Below are positions 1-14,258 of a stretch of DNA of 64,000 bases, piece by piece (the first letter of the stretch is position 1; every line of letters starts with the position of its first letter). Both the position numbers and the translations under genes were made by a program. This DNA is from Eledone cirrhosa (Eukaryota). The DNA is taken from the NCBI GenBank assembly GCA_964016885.1, contig OZ024743.1, forward strand, positions 313,720,001 to 313,784,000, read 5' to 3'. The notes under the pieces were generated by a model. That model ran no database searches. It saw only the letters and a list, made by a program, of their open reading frames with translations, and was not told the origin of the DNA.

Positions 1-470
1 TCCTATAGCGTTCCCAGATTTCTGCCTGTAGGATTTGTTATTGAAAACGAAGTAATTGTTCTCCAAGATAAATTTGAGTCCCTCTATCACGAATTCTTTT
101 TTGATGCGTTGTGGGAGTTCATTGTGGTAATTATCCAGCCAGAATTGGATAGCTTCTATTCCTAGGTTGTGGGGGATGTTGGAGTATAGGTTGACTACAT
201 CGAATCTCACTAGTAGGGTTTGTTCAGAAAGGGGCACATTAGCGAGGTGATTGAGCATATCTAGGTCGTCCCTTATATAGCTTTTGATGTGTTTGAGAAA
301 AGGCTTGAGAAGGGTATCAATGAAGTTGCTAAGGCGGTGGGTTTCGCAAGCGGGGCCTGCTATTATAGGTCTTAATTTGAGATCATTGAGTGAGGGGACA
401 TTGATGACTATGTCTGTGGAATCCTTGCATGCCTTACTTATTAATTCGCTTTTATTTACTTTAGGGACAC
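1..470 (-). mobile_element. Penelope-like element reverse transcriptase fragment (runs off window start)
   Basis: Minus-strand translation GVPKVNK...LRPIIAGPACETHRLSNFIDTLLKPF...LLVRFDVVNLYSNIPHNLG...FILENNYFVFNNKSYRQKSGNAIG matches PLE RT motifs (PKxxK, RPII, FDVxxLYxNIP, YxQxxGxxxG). Confidence 0.85.
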
Positions 471-474
471 CTTG

Positions 475-1764
<1,290 letters not shown>

Positions 1765-2930
1765 GAGTATGAGTGAGAGAGAGAGATTGTAATTTAATAA
1801 TGGAGATATACAGATGTAACCTTTTTCTTTATAGTAGACTTCATCTGCTTAACGCAATTCATGATATATATCTTAAAGGAACGCTAATTATATTCAAATT
1901 ATCTAATTATATTCAAATTTCAGAATGCTACAACCTTAGAATAGGTATATTTGCCTATGTAATATGTCTTTTATTGTGGTTGTTTCGATGACGAAGACCC
2001 AACTAGGTCAGAAAATCGATTACAGTTTTTTTTCATCATTTTTTTTTCAATTAACAGCGAATTTCGTATTTCTAGCAAGTTCGACTGTTTGTATATATAT
2101 ACATATTTATAATATACATTCACGCAGATTCAGTAATCCACTCTGTATATATACATATAAAAGTTTATTGTTTATTATAGTTCATTATATATATATGAGT
2201 GTGTTGTTTATATCTGTGCGTGTGTGTGTGTACATATGTGTATGTCTGTGTGTGTATGTAATATGTTATTTAGAGAATATTCAAACATTGAAGATGTTTT
2301 CGGAAGATATATGACATAAAACAATTGCAGCTGCCGAACAATTATAGTTTGATATATATTCTCGGAGGCGTATATAAATTATCAAATGAATGTGTGTATT
2401 TCTCTATGTCCATATATGGCATTAGCTTCTATAAAATATGTTAAGTAGTAGATTAGTACAGAACACACCTTTTCCAGAATAGGTTATTTACTTACACCAG
2501 GTGCAATAGCATTTCAGTTTACATAATATTACTGATGATAACTAATTCAAGCAATTTTGATGGAGAGGAGGAGTCGATGAGATCAACCCCAATAATTGAC
2601 TGGTTCTTACAGTTTCGTTGGGTTTTGGAATCAGAACAGAAAGAATTGGAAGAATAATTCAAAGAATTTAGGGAACGCTCTAACGACTTTAATAATTCAA
2701 CATCCTCATAATAACAGTCACAGCAATAATAACGATAATAATTGTTGTTTTTGTAAGATCTCCTTAGCAATTGGTTGCTATGTGAAGCATTAATTAGTCT
2801 CAGATCAGTTCCCGATCTCAGTGGCTCAATATATCGTATAGGATTGTGGCAGTGCTAGTGGGGGTAACAATCTGGGCACTGTTTATGAAGTCAGGAATCC
2901 AAAGGATTTTGATAAATAATAATAATAATG

Positions 2931-3144
2931 GTTTCTTATATAGGCACAAGGCCAGCAATTCTTTTTTTTTTGGGGGGGGGGGCGACTTAATGGACCCCAG
3001 TGAATTACTGGTATTTTATTTTATCGACCTCGGAAGGATGAAAGGCAAAGCTAACGTCGGCGAGATTTGAGCTCAGATCATAAAGGGGTGTAACTCAATG
3101 CTGCAAAGTATGGTGTTCGACGCTCTACCTATTGTGCCAATCCG
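2931..3144 (-). mobile_element. tRNA-derived SINE with (ATT)n tail
   Basis: Reverse complement shares the GCCTTTCATCCTT..GGTCGATAAAATAA..TACCAGT...TTGCTGGCCTTGTGCC body with the SINEs at 28807, 44655 and 50181; tail at 2913-2929. Confidence 0.75.
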
Positions 3145-4738
3145 GTTTCTTTTATGGATCATAAGGACGCACGACTTTGTGGATGAAATATGGACAAATA
3201 AAATCAATAGGCATATTCAGCCTCGTCAATCTCGCTACTCGCACCCATCTTTCATAAATCACACTTGATGGCAGCACTTCCCTTTCTACTCTCACATTGC
3301 TCCTCAACTAAATCTTGAAGGAGTTAATGCGGCCTTGGCCTGAGAGAAAGGAGCTTAGCTTCAATCATGTTTCCAGAAAACAGGGCCATGTATATTAAGC
3401 AGTTCTAAGTTGACTGCAGAGGTCACAAATTTGGGATCTGTATATTCAGATCTTACTGTATGAACTGCTACGATTTGTACAAATCCACATTGGCGCAATT
3501 GGTAAATCCAGACGAAATCTATGAGATAGTTGGAAACGCCTAAACAGATTTTAAAGGTTTTTGCACCCCATGTCCTGTCAGTTACCACCTGCATTATTCT
3601 TACGTACATCAATAATACCGTTACAATCACTCACTAATACAACCGTCCGAAATATTCCAAGGAAAGTCTCTAAACGTCAAAAGAAGTTCGATCTTACAGC
3701 TCCGCTCGGGGCATGAACTATTAGGTTGTTCCGAAAATAATGCCTGCTCTAAGTGTTGTGTTTTAAAACGCAATTTTATCATGGTATTTTAATTATATTT
3801 TAGGTGAATTTCGACATACTTAATAATTGATGTATGCTCTTTAATAACATGACAAAAAAGGACCTTTGCTTACTTTTCTTGCATGAGTTCAAGCTTGGGC
3901 ACACTGCCTCCCAAACAGCTGCAAATATCAACAGAGCATGGGGAGAGGGGTCGACAAGTGATCCCAGAGTACGAAGGTGGTTTCAGAAATTCCGTAGTGG
4001 TGATGAGAGCCTTGAAGATGAAGAAGGTAGAGGACGGTCACGCAGTCTTGACATGAACAATTGAAAGCAATTGTTGAACAAAACACACGTCAAAGTGTCA
4101 TAGAAATGTCTCAGGCCCTTGGTGTCGGTGTTGCAACGGTCTCACGCCATCTGCAGAAGATTGGTTAAGTGACAAAGCTCGATAAATGAGTACCGCATGA
4201 GCTCAATGAAAATCAAAAAGTTCGGCGTTTTGAAGTGTGCTCGATGCTCTTTCAGCGAAACACCAATGACCCTTTTCTTGACCGAATAGTCAATAGGCAG
4301 CGATGCATAGACTTTCACGGCTCATACTTTGACTAATCAAAACATTTCTGTTGTTAATTTTTCCAGAATAAAATTATGTTTCTAAAATCGGCCATTATTT
4401 TCGGAACAACCTAATACCACTCGTCTGAATAAACCTCCTTCTCCTTCACTACCACTCAGATCCAGGGCAACCGACATACCTGCCAGGTCTAAGAAAACCG
4501 TGTTTACTTCTAAGTCCAGGTCTTCTGAAAGAGCATTGTTACACCACTCGAACCGGGTCTACCGCAAAACTCAGACTTTGTATTCATCCAGGTCTAGCAA
4601 TTGCATTTCGGAAATCCTGGTCTCACTAATGGCTATCACATCTAGACGCGTTGCCCTGATGTCATTGAACAGGAACCCCTGTTTCCACTTCGACCCCAGG
4701 CTACATACATTTATACAAACAATTCTGACTATGTCCAT
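3145..4738 (-). mobile_element. Degenerate L1/Tx1-like LINE ORF2 N-terminus (APE endonuclease), split by a mariner
   Basis: From the ATG at 4738: MDIVRIVCINVCSL...DVIAISETR... After the mariner it resumes VHAPSG..NFF..LETFL...VVLVSDCNG (APE NVxxL, ET, VYAP and GDFN-like motifs), with stops and frameshifts. Confidence 0.7.
3721..4414 (+). mobile_element. Internally deleted mariner (Tc1/mariner) DNA transposon
   Basis: 22-bp TIRs TTAGGTTGTTCCGAAAATAATG / CATTATTTTCGGAACAACCTAA with TA on both sides. ORF 3834-4064 encodes the mariner HTH (HEFKLGH..TAANINRAWG..VRRWFQKFRSGDESLEDEEGRGR). A later frame jumps from FLDRIV to the C-terminal RCIDFHGSYFD*, so most of the catalytic domain is deleted. Confidence 0.93.
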
Positions 4739-4934
4739 TCAACTAAGGTTTAGGGCTGTTCCTCATGAAAGTACGCAAATGGTCCCTGATGCATCTTAGA
4801 CTTTATTCTTTTCTTAAGGCTGCATAACAGGAGTTCTGCATAAACTGCTGGTGTTGTTTGTATAAGCTATCTATCTGCCTTTGATTTCGGGAGGAATTCA
4901 CTTAATTCCACCCCGTATGTTGTAATGTTACTGG

Positions 4935-5695
4935 GTTTCTGAAATGGAATAAATATACTTTCCGAAGAAAATATAGATAATCATTTCATCGTCAGGGAAG
5001 TCTATTCTCAGCTATTTTTGTATAAGTTTCCAGAGTCCCCGCTTTGTCTGGAAACCTAGCTGAGAATAGACTTCCCTGACGACGAAATGATTCTCTGTAT
5101 TTATAGAAACTAATTAGTTGGGAGTGATATTTTAGTAAGTAAGTTAATTTTATAATTTTCTTATTTTACGTCTCTCATATTATTGTTGTGCAACCCCATG
5201 CATTGAACCACAAAGTTACTAAGACAAAACCTATATATTTGCTGGCATTGATATGCATGTGTATGTATATATATGTTACTAGATATATTAATTCTTTATA
5301 ATTATCTCCAAATTATTTGTCGAGCAATATTGGCCAAGACTGCTGCTATGGTAGCAGGCAGGCCGCTGTCTTCTTAACAAACCACTTTCCACTGATTGAC
5401 CTCGATGTCACGTGATTGATTCTTTTTGAATTTGCCACCGATGCAGTAGGCAGTGATTTTCTCAATGGCTAGGAATTCAGTTCACGCTTTGCTATTTTCT
5501 ATCCACTGAATTATTTTTGTATAAGTTTCCAGAGTCCCCGCTTTGCCTGGAAACTTAGCTGAGAATAGACTTCCCTGACGACGAAATGATTCTCTATATT
5601 TTCTTCGGAAAGTATATTTATTCCATTTCAGAAACTAATTAGTTGGGAGTGATATTTTAGTAAGTAAGTTAATTTTATAATTTTCTTATTTTACG

Positions 5696-5702
<7 letters not shown>
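4935..5702 (+). mobile_element. pLTR-like unit: inverted 5' segment plus two direct repeats, ending at (TA)n
   Basis: 4935-5012 is the reverse complement of ~5557-5635; 5013-5180 repeats at 5513-5702; the unit abuts (TA)n at 5702-5762. Confidence 0.65.
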
Positions 5703-5767
<65 letters not shown>

Positions 5768-6214
5768 TGTGATGGAGGGTTTGTGGGTTTTCTCGCATCT
5801 GGTTGGTGTTCGAATGTTACTTCTGTTTTATGTGGAAAAATGTGGCTGAAATTCTAGGTTTTTTAGAAAAGTAATTTGGTTGGTTGATGACTGTGATATG
5901 AATAAGTATAATAAATTCCGCGGCAGTTCGCGTTTGAGGGTTCTTTATTGTCATTTTCACTTAAAAATGTGGTTCAAAAATGTTTTTTTTTATAAATGTA
6001 ATTTGATTGGATCTGACTGGACATTCAATTTCGCGCCAGTTCGTATTTGGGGTTCTTTGTAGCCGTTTTCACAGTCACATGATTTGTCATAGAGAGTTTT
6101 GTCCCAAACAAAAGATAATTGTCTAGAAAAACGGGCTGGGGAGAATTGTTCTGGTTCAGTGAGTATGGCTGACGTGCTGACGTGTCAAAATTCAGACTTT
6201 CTATTGGAATTTAA
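5768..6214 (-). mobile_element. Truncated pLTR copy of the CCAAT/E-box PLE family
   Basis: Aligns by eye to 47178-47650 and to the reverse complement of ~21170-21710; TA tracts on both sides. Confidence 0.65.
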
Positions 6215-6382
6215 ATATATATATATATATAATAATAATAATAAATTTGAAGACTAAAATCCAAAGAGGGCTCGATAAGGATAAATATATATTAAATATA
6301 TAAGAACCGTAGAACAAATATTTAATCTGTTATTTTAATAAATATATATATATATATATATATGAATAGGTCTGATAATTTT

Positions 6383-6745
6383 ATAACAACTAGAAATTGA
6401 TTAACATATAAATAAAGATATGAAACAATCACAGGGGATATTTTTTGCAAGTGTGTAAGCACACATAGCTAGGTAGGTAACTAAATAAAGTTAACTAGAA
6501 CTTCAAAAATAGATACCCTATAATATGATTAATCGTGGGTTACCATTCGATTAATTGGTGAAATATGTTTCTTTAATGGAATATATACAGGGAAGATTAA
6601 TCATATTATAAGGTATCTATTTTTGAAGTTCTAGTTAACTTTTTTAGTTACCTACCTAGCTATGTGTGCTTACACACTTGTAAAAATTATCCCCTGTGAT
6701 TGTTTCATATCTTTATTTATATGTTAATCAATTTTTAGTTGTTAT
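6383..6745. repeat. ~150-bp inverted repeat (arms 6383-6534 and 6595-6745)
   Basis: Arms are reverse complements with a few substitutions and a 60-bp spacer; the repeat lies between TA tracts. Confidence 0.85.
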
Positions 6746-6853
6746 ATATATATTTATACATATTTATAAGTTATTCTGGGTTGAATCGGAAGTAACCACA
6801 GTAAGTAAGGTATTCAATACATAGCAGAGTATAAAAGTTTTAATATAGAAGAA

Positions 6854-6900
6854 CTTCTACAGGACTAGAACTGTTTCATTCGCGAGAAATCATCAGGAAG
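6854..6900 (-). ncRNA. Type I hammerhead ribozyme
   Basis: RC: CTTC-CTGATGA-T TTC tcgc GAA T-GAAA-CAG ttctagtc CTG-TA-GAAG; stems I, II and III all pair. A fold-back + copy at 6901-6944 starts exactly at CTGATGA. Confidence 0.8.
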
Positions 6901-6972
6901 CTGATGATTTCTCACGAATGAAACAATTCTAGTCTTGTAGAAGCTCTTCTATATTAAAAAAATAAAAATATA

Positions 6973-7026
<54 letters not shown>

Positions 7027-7589
7027 GGCTGTTTATTAAAATTATATGTAGACCGAGGTCACCGCTGATCTTGATGAAAAAAAAATGAAATTCGCATTTA
7101 TTCTTTCGAATAAATTTCGAACATTGGCGGCAAAACGTTACACATGTTGGAGCACTAAGTCGCCCCCAGCATCTAATCTTTACTTCATATTAATTCTATT
7201 ACTGAAGTCATTGATGCATTTTATTTTTTTACTGTCATGGAAAGTTAGCGTGAAAAAGTAGTTTAGTGATGGTACTAATATACTATAATGTAAGAAGTTA
7301 GAAATGGATCATTATGTTTCGGGTATTGACCGTCAATACGTACATAGAAAAAAAGAGAAGAGGGGGTGTATGTGAGTGAGAAAAAAAAAACGACGAGAGT
7401 AAAGAAATAAAGGTAAACAGGGAGAAAAGAAGAGAGAATCAAATACGTACAGTTGCTAGTCAACCTTCATTAGAAAAAGATGAAACTAAAATATTTACAC
7501 AGAACGTATGCAGTTAAATATCTAGTTGGTCTGTGAGAACAAATGTAATGTTCCAGCTTTCGAACACAAATAGAAACCTGTTACGTTAC

Positions 7590-8390
7590 TTCCCTTGCAC
7601 AGGGATGATCGATATGGACAAACGACAAAATTGATAGAACATCTGACTTGGAGTACTCGACAAAGCGTGATGATCATTGCACTCACCGACTGGATCTTAC
7701 GCTTGTTGCTTGAGCAGAATTACAAGTAACAGTAGATGGAAGCACTGTTGTTGAGTTAACCTGGTCCGGTTGTAAGGGTATGTCCAATTACATGTGGGCG
7801 TTTAATAAACGGTCGTCACTGACAGAATGTTTCTACCCGATTATTTATAAAATGAAATATTTTGCTATTCTGTTGAGAACTTTTTAAAGTCCTGAGTATG
7901 TTGGTTGCAGTTGAGATCGTGGAGTATCTTTCCGGATGAACTCATGTCTCCACTGTTGTATGATGGATGGAACATGAATTGTAACATTTTGAGGACCCAA
8001 CAGCAACGAATGGTAAGCTTGACATGTAAGTCCGTAAACGATGGATATATTTTGTGGGATCCGGGGTGTGTTGAGAAGCAATGGCAGTCATTCAATCGGA
8101 TAACACTAGTGTTGTGCCATGAACCAGCTGAGTTGGCGTTGAATCGATTCATTCTTTTACTATAGAACGAAGTCTGAAAGTCATAAGGTGCAGGATCTCC
8201 AAACTGTTGCCTTTGTCGTCACTGAAGTCTGGGGACTGGGGACGCCGGACATCTTTGTTTTTGTGGTAGTCGAATGAAGTTTTGTATAGAGAGCATTTAT
8301 GCTTGACTGGTTCTGAATAACAGAGTGGTCACTCCCTAGAAAAGCAGATGTTGTTTTACTTTAACAGCACGAGTTGTCCACTGGCTGATG
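7590..8390 (-). mobile_element. Highly decayed LINE remnant (RTE-like)
   Basis: Only scattered motifs on the minus strand (AFLGSDHSVI, SIIPVQG), with many stops. Confidence 0.3.
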
Positions 8391-9071
8391 TCAGATGCTT
8401 TTATCCTTTTTCGGGGAAGAGGTTCAACGAAAGAACAAATAAGTTGCCCACCCAACACATATAACCATAAATCTATCCATGACTATACATACATAATTAT
8501 ATATACAAGGAGTCTGTCGTTTGATTTGACACCACCCACCCCTTTTGTCGTGTTTAGCGAAGACAAGAATTCGGTCTGAAGTTTCAGATCACTTCGATTA
8601 CTTTTAGACAAAACACAACAAAAGAAAAGACATAAAAAACCCCAAGAATCATGTACTTTGCTTTCATCCACGATAAAAAAAATATATGAAAGATGTAGTG
8701 AGACTCCTCGAGAGGATTGCACCGAAAAACCGCCGACTGTATTATTGGTTTTAATTGTAAGTTCAAATACGTCATCTTGTATGTGTCAATAAAGCCTAAC
8801 AATATGCAATGATGGAAAGTCACGTAACTAACGGCAGTGATAATTGTTCAAATCTTATAGCAAGTGTTAACGAATACAAAATCAACATTTCGAATAAAGT
8901 TGCCTCTCATCATATATTTGAGAAAAGCACACATGAATATATTTTAAAAGTGAATTGTAATGGAATTGATTTATACGAACGGTTGAGAATGTTTGCTCAT
9001 TCACACCCACACGATCACACCCACACGATCACACCCACACTTATACCCCCACCCACATCCACACACCAATA

Positions 9072-9114
<43 letters not shown>

Positions 9115-9117
<3 letters not shown>

Positions 9118-9480
9118 GATAAATCTACCAAGAGTTTACGGTAGTGTCCAATCCGTATGAAGAGCTCAATGTAATCCGGATATCATGGAAAGAAGAGATG
9201 CAATGAAAAATCACTTTCGGTGAAAGATAAAAGGAATACAGAGTCAAGATAAAATATTAAAAAAATAATGAATAAAACAATGAAACAGTTCCTTATATTA
9301 AACAAAAAAAGTTCATTATTTAACGATCGTTTCTGGGATATATATGTGTGTTAGAATTGGCATGTATATTTAACAGATCTATGTACAAAATTATACAAAA
9401 TTATACAAACTATCAAAATTAAATATACATACCAACTCATATATATGCCGTCTTCAGAAATAATGAAATATATTTATTGA
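9115..9480 (-). mobile_element. pLTR-like unit ending at (TA)n (same family as 27663-27985)
   Basis: The terminus TGTAGATAAATCTACC..ACGGTAGTGTCCAATCCGTATGAAG matches the RC of 27935-27985; contains a hammerhead. Confidence 0.7.
9312..9467 (-). ncRNA. Type I hammerhead with long stem II insertion
   Basis: RC: TTCATTATTT-CTGAAGA-[~115 nt with pairing ATATATAT arms]-GAAA-CGATCG-TT-AAATAATGAA; 10-bp stem I and palindromic stem III. Confidence 0.75.
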
Positions 9481-10074
9481 TAATAACAACAATTCAAAAT
9501 TACAGGTCTGTTTGGGAACAGAGTTCAAATTGACCAATGGAAACACAAAAAGTTTATACAGTTAGGTGTGTGTATATATGTAAGTAACTTCGTTCACAGA
9601 TATGCATAAAAATATATGTTCACATGCATACGCATGCCGAAAAGATGTATGTAAATACAAAAATTCAGGGCTAATGTCTCTGTATGTTTATAATCTACAG
9701 ATAAAATACATATACGCATATAAACATATAAATATAAAAATAAATATATACACATTCATATACTCACACATATACATACATTCACACACACACGCGCATA
9801 TACGCATAAACATACACACAACCACGAACATACATACACACACACACTCACACACACATATATGTGTATATACTATTATCATAAGCATATGGACATTAAT
9901 GCGCGCACATAAACACTGCCACACATATTTAGATCCAGATACAGAAAGTAGGTGGGGGGGGGGAAGAGGTCAGTATTTACTGGTGTCAGCAAACTGCCTA
10001 TTTATAAATGTATCTATAAATTTAGAAATAAAAAGAAAAAGAAAAAAGAAAAATATTAAATATTAAATTTTCCC

Positions 10075-10124
<50 letters not shown>

Positions 10125-10237
10125 GGGAAAACAGGTAAGCAAACACACGCCTCAATAGGTGCATAAATCATAGACACATATTTAAACAATTAAATAATAT
10201 CTGCAAATATACATGTATATATATATATATATATATA

Positions 10238-10346
<109 letters not shown>

Positions 10347-10519
10347 ATGCACCCTACGCGAACATACACACACGCATACATTTATAAACATACACAAGCA
10401 CTTTATATGCGCACAAACCATACACACATATATAAACAGGAGCACATCACATAAAAGTAAGAACATAGAATTATATAAACAGACATAGCATACACACAGA
10501 CTCACAGAACCTATATAAG

Positions 10520-10564
<45 letters not shown>

Positions 10565-10666
10565 CTAAACAAATTAACATTAACCAATTCAAAACATAAC
10601 AAATACACAGAAGTGCCGACCCACCTCTCTCTCACTCTCCCACTCTCTCTTTCTCTCTCTCTATCT

Positions 10667-10767
<101 letters not shown>

Positions 10768-11334
10768 ACACACACACACTCACACACACACACACACACA
10801 CACACAAATACTAAGACATGCGCGTACAAAATAACGCAGAAATAAAAAAGAATTACGCAAAGAGGAAACCTGGAATACATCACAGCAAATATAATTTAAA
10901 GAGAGTAAGTAGGAATGTATGAACGTAGAAAAGTAATAATCATATTTGTACAGAGATTTTAGTGTGCATTGACTATATATGTAAAGCAGTAGAGGTGCAC
11001 TGCTATTTATTAAACTATCATCACAATTGAAGTTACATATATGGTATCAACAACTTGATATAATTTATTTATAAGCCAACATTTCCTAATTGACGTCATA
11101 CTATATTCGTTTATCCGATTATTCTTTTATTCTTGCAGTCTATCATTATCACTATTGCGGCCTTTCATACACATAGGACACATACTAAGTATCATTCACT
11201 TCATTTCCACAATACTACACACCTAGATACGCACACAATGACGGACAAAAAAACACACACAGATACACACACAATCACGCATATTTCCCCAAGGCAATCA
11301 TACACGCATTCATTTCTCAAATGTTTGACAAATG

Positions 11335-11480
11335 TTTCTGTCTATCGAATTTCATTGACACAGCATTTGTTAACCCGAGGTTATAGTAGAAGACTCTTGC
11401 TCAAGGTGTCATGCAGTGGAACTGAACACAACTCTGTGTTGTTGTGAAGTGAACTCCCTAACCATACACTAAAGCCTGTG
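11335..11480 (-). mobile_element. tRNA-derived SINE (second family), degenerate
   Basis: RC has a GTTCAGTTCCACTGC B-box-like segment followed by ACCTTGAGCAAG..TCTTCTACTATA; a similar copy lies at ~50035-50140. Confidence 0.55.
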
Positions 11481-12464
11481 CCAATTGATACAAATATTTG
11501 TTTCTAATTCACGCTCAAAATTGGCGGTTTTGGGTTATTAGGTGATTGAATCTACCACAGTGTTTGGTTGGTACTTCATTTTAAGAACCACAGGTGAATG
11601 GAAATCAAAGTATTCCTCGATAGAATTTGAACTCAGATTGTAAAGCGTTGTAATATTTTCTGATGAAATTATTTTTTCATTCATCGATAAAAATCAAACC
11701 ATGCTATGTTCTCGAGTCAAAGATGGGGTCTTTGTTTGGTCGAAAGATTTGCAAAACATAGCAGTTACATTTCCCTCAGATCATACAATAAAATCTGAAT
11801 GTTTTTTCTGGATCCATTGGATAATATAATGATAGATATATGCCCCCTCCTGCCAAAAAATGCATATGTGATGATGTTTTTAAAAACAATTTTAATAATA
11901 GGTTTGCCGATTCAAGATTTTTTTTTTCGAAGCAAATATGGTGTTCATATAATATATTTACATCCCTCAACACAGCTCATTTCACTTTCATTGCTGATTG
12001 TATGGTCTTTTGAACTGATGTGAAGAGACAGGGCATGCCCCATAGTTTGGTTAGATTTTTCGCATTAACAGGTCGCGTTCAAAATAGAAGGATTCACGTT
12101 GCGATCGCCGTCAAGAATACCTCGTTATCAATTGCAAAGAGGTTTTCAATTTATCAGATTAGATATGAGAAAAATATACATGGTATAGAAAATGATCATT
12201 GATAAATTAGTAACTCCAGAAGCAATAAACTTTATCTATAAAAATATAAAGCCTCCTGTAATGACTGAAACCACTCAAAGACTATAATAACAGTCGCTCA
12301 TGATAAATAATAGTTGAGAAAATTGGTTAAAGTACACTTGGAAAAGGGCACATATTTTGGCAATGTGCGTTACGTCAATCACATGTCTCACACACACACA
12401 CATAAACACACTATTTTGGATACAAATAAGTACATCAAAATATATTTTAACTTCTGAGACCCCT

Positions 12465-12578
<114 letters not shown>

Positions 12579-12585
12579 CGTGTGT

Positions 12586-12757
12586 GTAGGGAAAATAGGG
12601 TTTGAAAAATGCAATGACTGACCTTTTGGTTATTTAAAATATTTCTGTTAAAGTAAACAAAAATACATAAGTCAAATTACTTGGCACACTAATTTAGAAA
12701 ACTTCTAAATAAGCCAAAAGCCAGTTATTGCCCTTTAAAAACCCTACTTTCCCTACA
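12586..12757. mobile_element. MITE-like element with imperfect terminal inverted repeats
   Basis: TAGGGAAAATAGGGTTT...ACTGACCTTTTGGTTATTT versus AAATAAGCCAAAAGCCAGT...AAACCCTACTTTCCCTA. Confidence 0.5.
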
Positions 12758-13143
12758 ACAAGTGATTTGTAAAGAACCCCTTAAAGTCTTTAGTTTTTTC
12801 ACTACATACATACATATGTATGTATGTATCTAGATCAATATATGATTTATAATGAAATACACCTCAACGCCTCCTCTTTTTCAAGCGAAAGTAATTTTCA
12901 ACAGAAATTCATTTATATTCAGACTGGATATGTTTCGATCTATTCCTTAAATTTATTAAATATTCCAATGTAATCTATATTAAAAAGAATAAATTGGATT
13001 TCTATGAAAAATATTTAAAACGGTAGCAGATTGCATTTGGAGAAAGTCATTAACGAGAAGTTCTCACATCACAACAGAAAATATATTGAGGTAAATAGGA
13101 AAATTTATTCATATATATATATATGTGTGTGTATGTGTGTGTG

Positions 13144-13184
<41 letters not shown>

Positions 13185-13252
13185 CTATATATATATATGT
13201 ATATCTATATATATAATATATATATATAATATATAAGAACAAAAGAACAATA

Positions 13253-13341
13253 TATTATGTATACTCCAGTCCTACAAACTGTAGAGTGCTTCTTAGCCGA
13301 TATCTGCATTGCTTTATTGTACTACAATAAAACTCACCTCC

Positions 13342-13345
<4 letters not shown>
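13253..13345 (+). mobile_element. Solo 3' tail of the 38242-38670 element family, abutting (TA)n
   Basis: Near-identical to 38580-38670 (TACTCCAGTC..AAACTGTAGAGTGC...CTCACCTCCTACA). Confidence 0.75.
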
Positions 13346-13406
<61 letters not shown>

Positions 13407-13425
13407 ATATATATATGTGTGTATG

Positions 13426-13487
<62 letters not shown>

Positions 13488-13653
13488 TGTGTGTAAACAA
13501 AGGAAAAACACAAAAAAATCAAAACGAGAAAGTCACGTTTAAAAAGAAAGGGTTATGGGCGAGGCAAATTAATGGCCTGTCTCAACTTCCCGTGTATGTG
13601 TGCGCCTCCCCCCCCATATATATATATATATATGGGGGGGGGGAGGCGCACAC

Positions 13654-13736
<83 letters not shown>

Positions 13737-13740
<4 letters not shown>

Positions 13741-13921
13741 TAAACGGAAAAGAAAATGCTGACAAATTGTTCACAGTGAAAAATAGTTTAATTAGGAATA
13801 AGTGAAAATTAGTAATAGTATCGATTAGTATTCAGTTTTGGTTTTAAGTTTTACCGGTTGCGCATTTCTAATGCTTTTCAAAAATAATTTTGAGATAGAG
13901 CGTCCATGATGTTTGCTCTAA

Positions 13922-13925
<4 letters not shown>
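13737..13925 (-). mobile_element. pLTR fragment (copy of 1375-1570) between (TA)n tracts
   Basis: RC matches 1375-1570, including the variant hammerhead at 13849-13883. Confidence 0.75.
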
Positions 13926-13996
<71 letters not shown>

Positions 13997-14181
13997 AGAT
14001 TAATATCCCCACAGGTACTAATTACCCACGGAAATATATAGGGTGTCTATATTACATTTGTTGTTCAATGGTATGAATTTGAGATACCAGAACTATAAAA
14101 TTGAGATGAGTGGAACAAGTAAACATTAAACAATCTTTTAAATAAATTAAAATACGATTTAAATATTTACCTATCCAAAAT

Positions 14182-14258
14182 GCTTTTACCGACGGTTTCG
14201 CCTCAAAAGATTGGAAATTCAAAGGACTTCCAATGGAAAGATCGGCTCTTCAGAAAGC
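14182..14258 (-). ncRNA. Type I hammerhead ribozyme
   Basis: RC: GCTTT-CTGAAGA-GCC..ATTGGAAG..TTTCCAAT..GGC-GAAA-CCGTCGG-TA-AAAGC; lies ~190 nt upstream of the (TA)n at 13926-13990. Confidence 0.85.
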
